From NCBI GenBank assembly GCA_026770705.1, contig JANJGN010000036.1:1612001-1676000 (forward strand): 64,000 nt of DNA. The letters run 5' to 3'. The DNA is from Isurus oxyrinchus. Lineage: Eukaryota. The notes beneath the pieces were generated by a model. That model was not told where the DNA came from. It ran no database searches and saw only the letters and a list, made by a program, of their open reading frames with translations. Below are positions 50,773 to 63,055 of the stretch, piece by piece (within the stretch, counting starts at the first letter, position 1; the number at the start of each line of letters is the position of its first letter). Position numbers and translations under genes: made by a program.

Positions 50773-53467
50773 TCAATTGTTTTCTTCATTGTTTCATTGT
50801 GTAATTCTTGTCACTGGATATTTCACAGCTCCTTTGGAATGATCCCGGAACTTGGACTGGTTCACCCCGTATATAATTGTATTTGTGCATCAACTTAAAT
50901 TTTGCAACATAAATCCGACACGTTGAATGATATATTCAGAATCACTGTGAGCTCTGGGATCTGTTCCTGAAATGTTATAATAAAATACAGGAAGCACAGT
51001 TACCAACTACAAAAGTATTAAGCTGCCAGAAATGGTGAAGAGTAAAGCCACAGATTTCCTTCTGCTAACCATCTCGGGGTCATTCGCTTTCCCTGAAGCC
51101 TCAGTCCTGTATGGACTCGACTGGTCACTAAAATGTGTCTGACCGTCAGAGCATTGAGCAAAAGAATTGAATCGAAAGGGAATAACAGAGGTAAAACCAC
51201 ATCAAACCAGTCAAATCCGACCCATCCTGGATCGGTAAAGAACTTTGAGTTTAAATAAAAGCCCAATGATACATTGTTGATTTTCTCTCAAGCTTCAAGT
51301 GCAAAGTAGAAGGGGATGTTCTTGAAAAAGAGCAGGATAGCTGCAGTATTCTCAGTGCAATATCTGACTTTCACAATCTGACAGCAAATGGCCACAAAGC
51401 AATCAAAGGATAAAGTGAAATAAACAAAAACAGAATTACCTGGAAAAACTCAGCAGGTCTGGCAGCATCGGCGGAGCAGAAAAGAGTTGACGGTTCGAGT
51501 CCTCATGACCCTTCGACAGAACTTGCCAGACCTGCTGAGTTTTTCCAGGTAATTCTGTTTTTGTTTTGGATTTCCAGCATCCGCAGTTTTTTTTGTTTTT
51601 ATCTCAAGGATAAAGTGATCTTGTGCCAGACAGACCAGTCTGTGGCAGCACGAGTTAGCACAAAGATAACACGACACACTGGAGTGTTGTTCAGGAAAGA
51701 TGCAGAGAAAGCAAAATAGCTGATCCGATGGAGGATGACATCAGTGGTAATGACGAGTAGACCTGCCAGTGCCATGGCCACAAGATAGCGAGTGACTCCA
51801 ATGGAGAGGCCGCACTTTCCCCAGGAAAGTATTCCAACTGCCACTAAATTAACTGTAACAGGGATGGGGGTGGGGGGGGGGGGGGTGGGGGGGCGGGAAC
51901 GTGAAGTCATTATTCTCACAAACTCGTGGTCTGATCCAAGATATTAATGGCAGAATTTAATTCAGTTGTGACAAACTGATGTGTTGGGGCGAGGCCAACC
52001 AATAAAATTTAGGTTTCTGATAAACAAAAAGTCCCAATAGATTAATCTGCTAGTTTGACAATATTTTGGGAAATTTGAAGAGGCAAGATCTCCAACATGG
52101 CTGGTCGGCAGTGTATATATTTTGACGAGATGGCAGTCTCCTTTCTAAAATGGTTTATACGATTAAAACTGATTTGATCATTTTCCCATTAGACGCCATG
52201 CCCGGGGCTGATGAATACACGTACCTCCAACCGAGGATCAGAGATCCCATTGGGTCATGGACCAGAGGTGGGGACGGAAATCTCAGTGATCCAGAACACC
52301 AAAGCCCCCAGGGGCTGCTTTGGGGAATGGAGTGCACATCAGGCAGGACACAGTCCAAAAACACCTAACGTCCTGGCCGGACATGTGTGATTTAATTGCT
52401 TTATCAGGATTTGACCCACCAGGCCTTGGACCCCTAATCTAACAACCAGTCTCTTTGCTGTGTGGTAAAGCTCTGAAGGACAAAAGACATGGACAACACT
52501 CCACCCAAATTTCGATTTTCATATTAGCACCCCATAACTCCACCAACTCCCATATCCCGCGCCCGTGTTGATATCAGGGTTTACACATTCGAGCAAAAGC
52601 AAAAGACCTACTATATCTCCTAAAATGTCAACCAATTCATTCTCTATGATAAGTCTATATTCTCTATAATATTCTCTTATATTCTCTATTATTACAGAGA
52701 ACTGATTACTGTAACCTTTTGTAAGTAGCTCATGTCTTTTATGTCAGTCTGGAACAGGGCAATAGAAGATTTAAACACTGTAATTTGAGCACTGCTGTTC
52801 GCATCTCAGTCAAAGAATTGGTTCAGTTTAACAGGCAACTGCGCAATTCACTTCTGTCGACTATTACCAAGCATCTTTAACAAACAGGACTATTCCCTGT
52901 GCAATTGACAATAATAGAGAAACAGAACGGTTGCTCAACTGAATGTGATGATAACTCACCTGACACAATGGGTGTACTGAAATTCATCTTACCCCTCTCC
53001 ACCTAATCAACCAAACTCAGTAGAATTTATCACTGGAACAGATCTTCCATTCAGGGTTAGTTGCCCACGTGCAGTAAATTTGATTCTAATTGATACATAG
53101 CCTATGCCTTCCCTGAGAGAGTTTCAAGCTCTGAGGCCTTATAAAACAGTGTACGAAGAGAGCAAGTTAATAATTCAAGGGAACGTTAAATGACAAGCAG
53201 ATTTTCTTTTCATTTTTGAGGTAGGCAATGGGATTAAACGGAAATCATAATTATGGACACAATGTATGGGAGTAATATCACTCATTTGGTTTCTAGTCAC
53301 TAGTAATCATGAGGTTGGCATGATAACATGAATAATAGCCAAGCACAAACAGGAACAAGCTCATAACCAGATTTACACAGCATCAATAATTACCCTTACT
53401 TGCCTGGAAAGCTAATCATGGCAAGAATCAAGTAATATATTTTCCTGATACGGTGACATATTTACAT
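50773..53467 (-). pseudogene. GPR139/GPR142-like GPCR pseudogene; exon 1 53404-53467, exon 2 ~50773-51852, interrupted by a Penelope insertion
   Basis: Exon 1 ATG TAA ICHRIRKIYYLILAMISFP with a GC donor (gcaagt). Exon 2 VNLVAVGILSWGKCGLSIGVTRYLVAMALAGL...PGWVGFDWFD...LNALTVRHILVTSR, with several stops and frameshifts and a 187-bp insertion in TM3. Confidence 0.9.
51419..51605. mobile_element. Short fold-back Penelope-like element (inverted pseudo-LTR pieces) with 13-bp TSD
   Basis: TSD AAGGATAAAGTGA at 51406-51418 and 51606-51618; perfect ~43-bp inverted arms aaacaaaaacagaattacctggaaaaactcagcaggtctggca / tgccagacctgctgagtttttccaggtaattctgtttttgttt; same termini as the RT-bearing copy at 57236-57657. 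Confidence 0.85.
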
Positions 53468-53749
53468 TATGTTCTGCCTGAAGTCGAGTCTCATCACTCT
53501 ACAGGCAATCTCTCTGTTTCAACACTGAGGCAGTACAATATCAGGCCAGACATTTATATCCTGTGAAATTTCCACTGGGATATCGAGATTGCAACATTGT
53601 TCATATTATTCATTTTCTTGTTATTTGATCCAGCAAGTTAACTCCCTGCTCCGTCAGTATGTATTGAATTCTGCTCGACTCCGGGTGGCTCCGTTCATTA
53701 ACACTACCTCATCACTCAGTTTCACCAAATATAACCCTGCGTATTTTTT

Positions 53750-55010
53750 TTTAGGGTAAGTATGCAGGCATGTCCCATGTAAGGAGCTGCATGCCCACCT
53801 CGTGCTCCTATGTAAATGAGATCGAATGTCCTTACCCTGGCCCTATTTAACTAATTCAACGAGTTGAGCATCCTCTCTTTGCTTCAGTGTAACATGTTCG
53901 ATGAGATGATTAACCACTTCCTGTGCATTTAACGCTGGTTCGAGGCTTTTAGCGCCCTTTCCCTGTGCCAGTATAACAAGATCAGCCTCTTGAATGGCCT
54001 TCTCCCGCTCCTGCATAGTAGTTACCAGGCGATAAATGACCTTCTCCTGTTCAACCCTCGAAATAACTCGTCTTTGGCAGCTCGTGTCCAAACTTTGTGT
54101 AAAAATGTTGCCCGGATATTCCAGCCTCTGGGTAGCCAGATAATGGACAGAGCGACCCAATAGTTACCTTCCGAGGCCCCTATGGAGTCTGATTGCAACA
54201 ACACAGTGGGAATTGCCCGGGGTGTTTAAATGTGCAATGGGGCCAATTCCTCTGCTCTCCATGATCGTGTGGAAAAGACTCCATCTCTGTGATGGAGCAC
54301 ATTACTTTGGACAACACTGACCTACTTAATCGGACAGTTACAAACAATTTTAGACAGAATAAACCCCTAGTCTAACAACAGAATAACTAGAAAACTAATC
54401 TCCCAATCAGCCACACTGACCAACACCTCCCCGACTCCTCCTTGACAAAGAGACCCACAGAATGCACCGACTACCCCCGACCATCATGCCAGCATCTCGA
54501 CTCTCCGACTCCTCCGCACTCCCACCCATTCCCTCCAGCCCCCGTCCCCGCCAATTCTGCGGCCGCAACTGCCCCCAGCCCCGGATTCAGTGCGTCCTTA
54601 TATGATCGGACCTGACATTCAAACTCCCTGGGATGCACCGTCTTCCTCCCGACCAGATCTGCTGCAAGATCAACACCTGGAAAAAAACCCAAAGCCTTCC
54701 CCATTACCTAATCCAGCCTAAGCACTTACTCACTGAAATACTAACATTACCCCATTTCCCGTTCAATAAACTACCCAGTTGGCCCAGCCTAACCATTCAC
54801 CCACTGACCGTCTCTATCCTCATCCTTATCTCTCCACCCACTCACCACCCTTTCCCTCACCCACCCTGCCTCATTTGCCAGCCGACAATCATATATGCTC
54901 ACCTTCTCCCTGCAGCATTTCCAAAGGAGCTCTTAGGACCTTTAAATTCTAACATTTCACTTGTCCCCATTTAATTAATAAATGCAACGTATTTAACAGA
55001 TTAAACACGC
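53750..55010 (-). mobile_element. Probable retroelement fragments (coiled-coil gag/ORF1-like remnant and LINE 5' region)
   Basis: Reverse ORF 53843-54160 has coiled-coil character and no splice structure; family not identified. Confidence 0.35.
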
Positions 55011-56739
55011 CAGCAATGTAACCACGTTTCATGGTCACCGGTTTCCAGGGAGCCTTTCAGCAAATTTAGGGTGGAGCACATCATTTGTCCATCAGCTTTT
55101 TACGAATCGTCAATGTGCTTTTCTGCCTTGCCTTGCAAGTTAACTAACACACTTCACTGTAAAACAGTAATTTCCCATGCCTTGCACCCATTTCTGAAAA
55201 AAAGCTCAATCGATGTGAATTGTTAGGTCTGGGTTTGGAATAAAAATAACAGCTGTTGCAGTTACATTTTATACAGCGGGTCATTCAGGCTCTGTTGTTT
55301 TCGAATCCAGATCTTGCCGATGCAATTGACAACATGCCAGCATTTCCTATGGCTTTCCACTTGTTGTGCAAGAAGGTCAAGCATCTGAATCCTATGCGAC
55401 TCTCATCATGCATTCTGTTCCTCATTTGCTTATTGGTTCCGAATCAAACCACTTGTAACTTCATCTGGAAGACCTGCAGTAACAGTGCCATTTCGATTCA
55501 AATCTTTCATTTTTTTCATGTTGAAAATAAATTACTCACAAATTATTAAAACTCTTGAAATCAGTGATTATTGTACGTTGCCAGTAAAGAATCCCACGGA
55601 AATTGAACTGCTCTTCCCTTTACCGGGAAGCAGCCACGGGTATTTTCCCACTGAAATTTAACCTCACAACGTGCAATAGAGCAAGTAATTGTTCCAGGAA
55701 CAGTGGCTGTGTGACCTTAGATGCTATTCAGCAAATTATAAATTTTCCTTTCAGCTCGAAAGAGCGAGAGAGAGAAAGAGAGAGAGGAAAAGGTCGGGGG
55801 GTGGGTGGGGGTGGTGCGGAGAGGGAGGGGTGTGTGTATATCTAACAAGGATAGGGGGCGGAGGTAAAGGCAGATGGACGGGAAAGGGGAAGTAGAAAGG
55901 CAGAGATTCAGAGAGAGGTGGAGCCCAAAACATCGCGAAACAAAGAGAGGCAGGGAATGGAACTTGGTGACAAAGAAATAGAACTTAGAATAAATACATA
56001 TTGACATGCCGTGACACAGACCAAGTTTTGAGAGCAATTCAAGAATATTCTGAAAGTGCATATCCAAACATTTGATAAATGTTATGAGGAGTTCTGCCTC
56101 TAACCCCCTTTCAGGCAGTGAGTTCCAGATTCCCACCACCCTCTTGGTGAAAAAGTCCTTCCCTACATCCCATCTAAACCTCCTGCGCCCTCACTTAACT
56201 CTATTCCCCCTGATTATTGATCTATCCACCAAGGGGAAAAGTTCCTTCCTGTCCACTCTATCTATGCCACTCATAATTTTAGAAATCACAACCATGTTCC
56301 CTACTCAATCTCCTCTGCTGTAGGTAAAATAACCCGAGTCTATCCAATCTCTGTATTTGTTTTGCTGGGTGTCCTGGGCCTGGACTCTCTTGTGCACAGA
56401 GCAATCTCTCTACTGTTTGTGGCACAGACACTGTGGTGTTGCTCACTTCTGTTATCGACCCAGTACGGTCATCCTTCACTCTCTTGGTTCTGTGATACCG
56501 GCAGAGTGTTGTGACGTGCTGTGCCCGTTTTCAGTGATATAAATATTGTGTAATGTGTTGATTTTGCGCTGACATGACCCCCGGACTTTGTGTGCATGTC
56601 CCATTTGACGGGATGTGTGGCTGAGCTCCCATCATACCCTCTTTTTCCAGTAGGTGTCGTCCGGAAGGGAACATGAGTGCTGTACCCTGACACATATTTG
56701 TGTGTGAGACCTCTCTGAAAACAGTAATATTTATCATTT

Positions 56740-58260
56740 CCTTATTAACAACAGTGACTGCTCTTATATTTATGTATCTCAGCGTCGTGCCTTTTCCCCA
56801 GTCTCAATTTCTGTGAGGCTGTTCACAAGGAAAGTGCTTTCAACACATTCCGGTTCTTGTGGAATTTGGCAGGGACAAAGGCGGGCGATACACATTTCAT
56901 TGGGGCACATCACCCTAAATTCCAACATCCTTCGGCTTAGATAGCTTCCCCCTGCTTTTAAATAACAGGTTCGAAGGGGTTAATAATCTTTTCCTTATCC
57001 AATGTACCAAGGACATGTGCTGGTATGGCCTACTTTTGTCTGTGTCCCACACCTGAGAACAATAACTTTTTGCATGTTGCTATATAACATTCAGGACTGA
57101 GGAGCTACAAGGCGCCCACTTATTTGATGGCTAAAGAAGTTCACCTGTATGAAGTTCAAGAATTGCGTGTCCTCTGTGCCTATTACACTGCTCCTTTCCC
57201 AGCTGACGTTAGGATACTAGAAGTCCCCAAGTATTTTGGCAGCATCGGCGGAGAAGAAAAGAGTTAACGTTTCGAGTCCTCATGACCTTTCAATTTGTTC
57301 CAGTCCTACTCCGGCCCCCTTCCACAACTCTTTCTCTGGTATATCGATGATTACATTGGTGCTGCTTCATGCTCTCATCGGGACTTGGAAAAAGGTATTA
57401 ATTTTATTTCCAATCTCCACCCCTCCATCATTTTCACGTGGTCCATCTCTGACACTTCCCTTCCCTTCCTTTCCCACTCTGTCTCAATCTCTGGTGATAA
57501 ATTGTCCGCCAATATCTTTTTCAGTTCTCTTGAAGGATCAGGAGGACTCGAAACGTCAACTTCTTTTTTCTCCGCCGATGCTGCTAGACCTGCTGAGCTT
57601 TTCCAGGTAATTCTGTTTTTGTTTTGGATTTCCAGCATCCGCAGTTTTTTGTTTTTATCCCCAAGTATTATTGCCGGATTGCTTTTGCGCTCAGAAATAT
57701 ACCCACATATTTGCCCAACTATCTCCTTCTGGCTATACAGGGGCCTATAGTTTACTCCGAGTAGAGTGGCTGCTCCCCTGTCTTCCTCACTCAAACACAT
57801 TTAGCCTAATTTGATAACCCATTTAATGTGTCATCCCTCCTCACAGCTGTAATTGGTTCTTTAAGCAATAATGTTATACGACGGCCTTTATAGCCCCCTT
57901 TTTATCCTACCTGAAGACCCTCTATTAAAGGATGATGAGCTGCCGTCTTTGCCCTTCTTTAAACCAATTTTCCTTTGTAGCACTTCTATCATGCTGCCCT
58001 TTGTGTATTTTACCCCCTCAGGTCTTCGGCTGATTGCTATAGTCCTTCCAATTCAAGAAATACCCTTTTAACATTGCCAAATTCCTGTGAGGTAAAATTT
58101 TACCCTATTCTTCTTCAGTATTCTTTTCAGCGTCACCCGCTAATTTTCTGTCTCCCGCTTCCTGCTCTGAATTTGTCCTAAGTGATCCTTCCCTCATTTT
58201 CCCATCCTCCTGCCAATCTAGGTTAAACCCTCGCCAGAAAAATCTTTCTGCAAAGGCATT
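56740..58260 (-). mobile_element. Degenerate CR1 LINE (endonuclease region) hosting the Penelope insertion
   Basis: Reverse ORF TLLGVNYRPLYSQKEIVGQICGYI...AIILGD resembles the CR1 endonuclease; sequence resumes across the TSD. Confidence 0.7.
57236..57657 (+). mobile_element. Internally deleted Penelope-like retroelement: inverted partial pseudo-LTR + RT fragment + pseudo-LTR, 12-bp TSD
   Basis: TSD TCCCCAAGTATT at 57224-57235 and 57658-57669; ORF FLWYIDDYIG...FISNLHPSIIFTWSIS..SLPFL matches Penelope RT motifs (YxDD, hPFLD). Confidence 0.88.
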
Positions 58261-59304
58261 CATCGTGGTCCTATCTGGATCGAACCCTACATGACCATTG
58301 GAGCAGGAGGAAGCCATTCAGCCCCTCCGTCGAGTTAGTTCTGCCATTCAAACAAATCATGGCTGTTCTCTGCTTTAACCTCCACTTTGGTTGCCTAACT
58401 GTAATTAGCAATTTAAAACTGGGAGAAGTGAATTACGTTTGAGAAACAATTATGAAACTGTCCCCCATAAACATTCATCCCGCCTGATCCCACACTTTAA
58501 GGAATCCAAACGGAAATTAGGACCAAGATTTGAACCAGTAGAACCAGAGCGCTTATGGCTACAGGAAGGGGCAGATTTCACAATTCTACCGAGCTTAGAA
58601 AAATCTGCTGTGTCAAAGTATTATTTCCTTGAATTATCTGATGGGAAACGGCACCCAGTTGAGAAAAGATTAAGTTTAATCCTAGCTCGGGGTGTGAAAT
58701 AAAAAAAAGTAAAAAGCAAGTTACCGGCGAGTGAACGTTCAACATGGGATACATAATGCAATTTTTGCTTTTTTGGCTTAGTTAACAGTTCGTACTCTGG
58801 ATTGCCCTTTATTCACACTGTTTCAGTATGTGTGCTAAAAACAATATATACCGATGCGTTACCTGAAAACGGAATTAAAGAGCAACTGCCTTAGTCCCGG
58901 CCGCGACACTTTGCCTGTGATTCTGCTTTCGCTTTTCGCTCTTTTTAGATGATTCTTCAATTTCCTTTTCAAAGCCACGGTAGAAATTGCCCCCAACCCA
59001 CTTTGAGGCAGTGCTCTCCACATTCCAATCACTTCTTGCACAGAAAGTTTTTTCCTAATGTCGCCGTTGCTTCTTCAGCCAAAATGAGTAAGTCTGTAGC
59101 GGTCGGTTGAAATTGTGAAGCAAGCAGTAAACAATGAGGAATGTATGACTTCGTATTTTTTGCACTTTTCATCTTGAGACATTGGAATATGACGCACATA
59201 CGTCCAAACATGTAACCTCCCATTTGACTGAAGTAATTATCCTGTATGCTCCTATTGAGTTACCCCTCAGAGGAGCTGCTGACTGCGATAGTTATTGATC
59301 CGGA

Positions 59305-59318
59305 CCGCCAGGTGGCGC
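59305..59318 (+). promoter_or_regulatory. Candidate CTCF site (also contains E-box CAGGTG)
   Basis: CCGCCAGGTGGCGC closely fits the CTCF core consensus; ~2 kb 3' of the IgL C exon. Confidence 0.5.
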
Positions 59319-60344
59319 GCACTCACTAGTTTCTGCTCACAGGAACGGACCATTCACATTGTTATACATTCCCTCAAGGGTGCCCAGAACACGAAAATCG
59401 ATTTATGCAAACCCACTCAACTGAATGGAAATGATTTATTAACCGGACATTGCATGTGCTTAATTTTTTAGAAATGCTGTTGATTTTAATTTGATTTCTG
59501 GTCTGAATGCTTGGGGAGCCGCTATCTTTCCGGAGCACAAAAGTGAGTGACACTGCAGTAAAATTAAAAATAGTCCACTGCTTCCTATCAGACGTGACTC
59601 AGATACCTCTTGAATCGGGAGGTTTGTGGGGTCGAGACACAATCGAGAACTCAGGACGATCAAAGCGTTTTAAAGATAAATTTAAATTATAGTCACTGCT
59701 TTAATGCTGGAACCAGTGCAGGTTGTGTGTACAAAGCAAGCTCCCACAATATAAATGTGCTAATTCCATGACAGACTGCTTTAGAGATGTTGGCTGCTCT
59801 TATTCAGATATGGTGCACAATTATTTTTTTCTCCTTAATGTGAGTTCTCGGATTAACGTCTCAGCCAACAGGCAGTGCCTCTTACAGTGCAGCACTCCCT
59901 CAATCCTGTGCTGGGCTGTCGGTCTGTATTTTGTTCTCACGCCCCTGGGGTGGGTCTTGAACGCACTAATTTCTGACTCAGAGGTGAGCAGAGGAGCTTT
60001 TATATTCTGTAACTCCTGAACTGAACACTCGTCGAGCAAAGCCTTCAAACAAAGGTCCGCCTAAGAGCTGGAAATCCTCGACTGAACTGACGGCCATGAC
60101 TGAAGCCGTGAACACTGCTGTTGATACTTTGGAATATGTTTTCAAATATTGTTCCTGGAAACAATATTCAATCCAAAATTAAAATACATCCAGCTGCACC
60201 TGTACATGTGTGTTTAAACAAAACACAAACCTTTCACAATAGAAACAATTATTAACACATATTTTATTCTACAATAAACTGAATTACAGTACTGGTACTT
60301 TATAACTTATATTAAGAATTTCAACTATGGCTGGTATTTAGATA

Positions 60345-60830
60345 GGAAAATAAGAAATAAGAACAGGAAGTGGTCATTCGACACCTCGAGCCAGCTCTGC
60401 CATTGAATAAGATCATGGCGGCTCTGATTATGTTTCTAATTCCAACTTCCCATCTACCCATGATAAACGTCGACACCCTTGCCTAACAAGGATCTTGACA
60501 ATATTCAATGACCCCGCCTCCACCACCTTCTGAGGCAGAGAGTTCCAAAGTCGCATAACCAACGGAGAAAAAAAATCTCATCATCCCTGTGCTAAAAGCG
60601 CGACCCTTATTTTTAAAACTGTGCCCCGTAGTTCTGGACTCACCAACAAGACGAAACATGCTTTACACGTCCACCCTGACAAGGCCGTTTAGGATCCTGT
60701 ATATATGAATCAAATCACCTCTCACAATTCTAGACTCCAGACAAGCCCAGTCTGTCGAACCTTTCCTCATAAGAGAACCCATTCATTCCAGCTATCAGTC
60801 CAGTAAACTTCCACTGAACTGCCTCCAGTG
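60345..60830 (-). mobile_element. CR1 LINE 3' fragment
   Basis: Typical reverse 3' end (aagaaataagaacaggaagtggtcattcg...) followed by decayed ORF2 C-terminus. Confidence 0.75.
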
Positions 60831-61366
60831 CAAAATTATAAATCCTCTGTTATTGCATTTACTCCACATGGTCGCAACTGACAGAGACAGATGTTCAAAT
60901 GGGACACTCAGGACATCAGGGATAAACATTGGCCCCCTGTGCAGCCCCTGTTCTGGTCACCATGTTTGCTTCATTCATTCATGGGATGTAGGAGTAGCTG
61001 GCAAAGGCCAGTATGTGTAGCCCACCCCAAATATCATAGGGCAGTTAACAGTGAACAAAGATGCTGCGGTTCTGGCCAGAGCAGGAGAGGACAACCGAAT
61101 TTCTGCGCGCATTATATTTCAGTTGTCTTTTTTTCTTTTCAGCCAATCAATGTTACATGTCATGGACACAATTACTGAGGGCAATATACAGCTTCCGATT
61201 CATCAATGGATTTTAAATTCCACCAGCTACCGTGGTGGGATTAGAACCCATGTCCACAAAACACTAACCTGGGCCCATGGGTTACTAGACCAGTAAAGTT
61301 ATCACGGTGCCACCATTCCATGAACCAATGCCCATGATGCAAACACTGACTCCGACCAACAGCCTC

Positions 61367-61675
61367 TCAGAGTGAATAGTCGCTGGAGTTGATGGTGTTG
61401 AGAAGGGGTGAATTCAGTGAGCCGTGGCTGACACTGTATGAATATCTAGAACCCTTCTTACAGTTACTGGCCGGGTCCCTCAAGTAACTGCTCAGGCTGT
61501 CGGTTGGATCGCTGTCTGGGGACATGGCGCTTGTCCTCACGCCGCTGCCTTGTTTCTTATCATCCACACTCCAGAGGACGCACACAAACCAGGCAGGGCA
61601 ATGCGGCCGATCCCGAGCCTATTTCTTCCCAGGAGGGAGGGAGCAGCAGGACGGATGGACTCCAACCATCACTAT
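61367..61675 (-). pseudogene. Ig light-chain constant exon, shark sigma-cart (type I/NS5-like), decayed
   Basis: SDGWSPSVLLLPPSWEEIGSGSAALPCLV..(deletion/frameshift)..VLWSVDDKKQGSGVRTS...SLSSYLRDPAS..KGSRYSYSVSHGSLNSPLLNTI; second Cys and terminal Cys lost; acceptor AG>GG. Confidence 0.85.
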
Positions 61676-62689
61676 CCGTGCGTGTGTGAGTGGGGAGAGA
61701 AAACTAATATTTTGATCATTTTGACATGTGTCGGTATGTGTGTGGTTGAGAAAGAGTGAGGGGAGGGTGAAATAATTAATGCATTGAACATTGTAACCTT
61801 CGTGCCTATCCCCGAAAGAGAAGAGAGAAAATTTATAACTACATAGAACAGTCCGACCTGTGTGTACGTGTGAGGCAGAGGGGGAGAGAGAGAGAGAGAG
61901 AGACAGAGGGAATTAGTTAATACATTGAACACTCTAACCTGTGTGTGCATGACAGAGAGCACAAACAATTCATTGTTATATAGGACATTCTGACCTGTAT
62001 GTGTCTGTGAGCGCATGTTTGTGTCTGCATTTATGTTTGAAAGAGAGAGGGAGACTGATAAGTAATTCATGACTATACAGAACATTCAAGCCTGACATCG
62101 GATTGGATGTCAAAAATCTCTCGTGAACACGATCAAGTTTGAAAAAAGTTAATGATTAATTGAAGAGTTCCAAACGATTCTTGTTTCTACATTTCTTCGG
62201 CCCATATTTTCATTCATTTTCCTAAATTGGACCACTGGCTTAATATTTAGAGTAGTCCATTGGGTATAAATCGCTTTGGGGCGTTCTGAGGATGTTATAG
62301 ATATCATGGAATCAGAGATTTCTAGAGCATAGAAAGAGGCCATTTGGTCCATCGACCTTACGTCGCTCTTTGAAATAGTTATCTAATTAGTCCCACTCCC
62401 TAGCAAACTCCATAGCTCTGATATGGCGGCCACCCGCCACCCCGATCAAATATTTATCCATTTTCCCCTTTGAAAAATCCCATTGAACCCGCTTCCACGT
62501 ATTCACCAACACGGGGGGTGGGGTGGGGGGGGGTGGGGGGAGTTCCAATCCAAATCAATCCAGTTCTCATTTCTGGATCTGAAGGGGCCTGATGCCATGT
62601 TAAAATTTGTCCTCTGCTGAGGAATGAAATCGCCTCTAAATAAACACTAATGGAAAAAATGTGTTGGAAAGACAGATTGAGTCACTTAC

Positions 62690-62766
62690 TCCCAATATTC
62701 AGGGCCGGCGCAGCCTCCGACGGTCCACAAGGAGCGGTTTTGCAATGGGACTAGTCGCCTATAACC
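62690..62766 (-). pseudogene. Ig light-chain J segment (62690-62727) with degenerate 23-bp-spacer RSS (62728-62766)
   Basis: tgg acc gtc gga ggc ... ctg aat att ggg a|GTAAGT (W-T-[F>V]-G-G...LNIG, +1 nt); upstream nonamer-like GGTTATAGG, 23-nt spacer and decayed heptamer. Confidence 0.7.
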
Positions 62767-63055
62767 CCAGCTGGGGGCAAAACAGAGATTGAAATGTTAA
62801 TAATCTTCCCATGAATACATCCCATGTCGCATTTTGTCTTTCAAATGGACTGTAGCCAGAGAGGTACTTCCAAAATAGCACGAATCCCTGAGATTATTCA
62901 CCTGGGTAATAGTGAGAATTAATACTCGCTAAATGCAAGGAAACAATTGGAAATTCAGTTACATTTCCAAGTAAATGACACAAGGATTATTTTTGAAGAT
63001 GATTGCACATTCCCAGTCCAGTGGCTGTTCTAATTCTGAGATATTTTCTACATAC

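Noticed and set aside
55692-55700. STAT/GAS element TTCCAGGAA (also TTCCTGGAA near 60152)
   Set aside because: A 9-bp motif is expected by chance in 64 kb; no supporting conservation visible.
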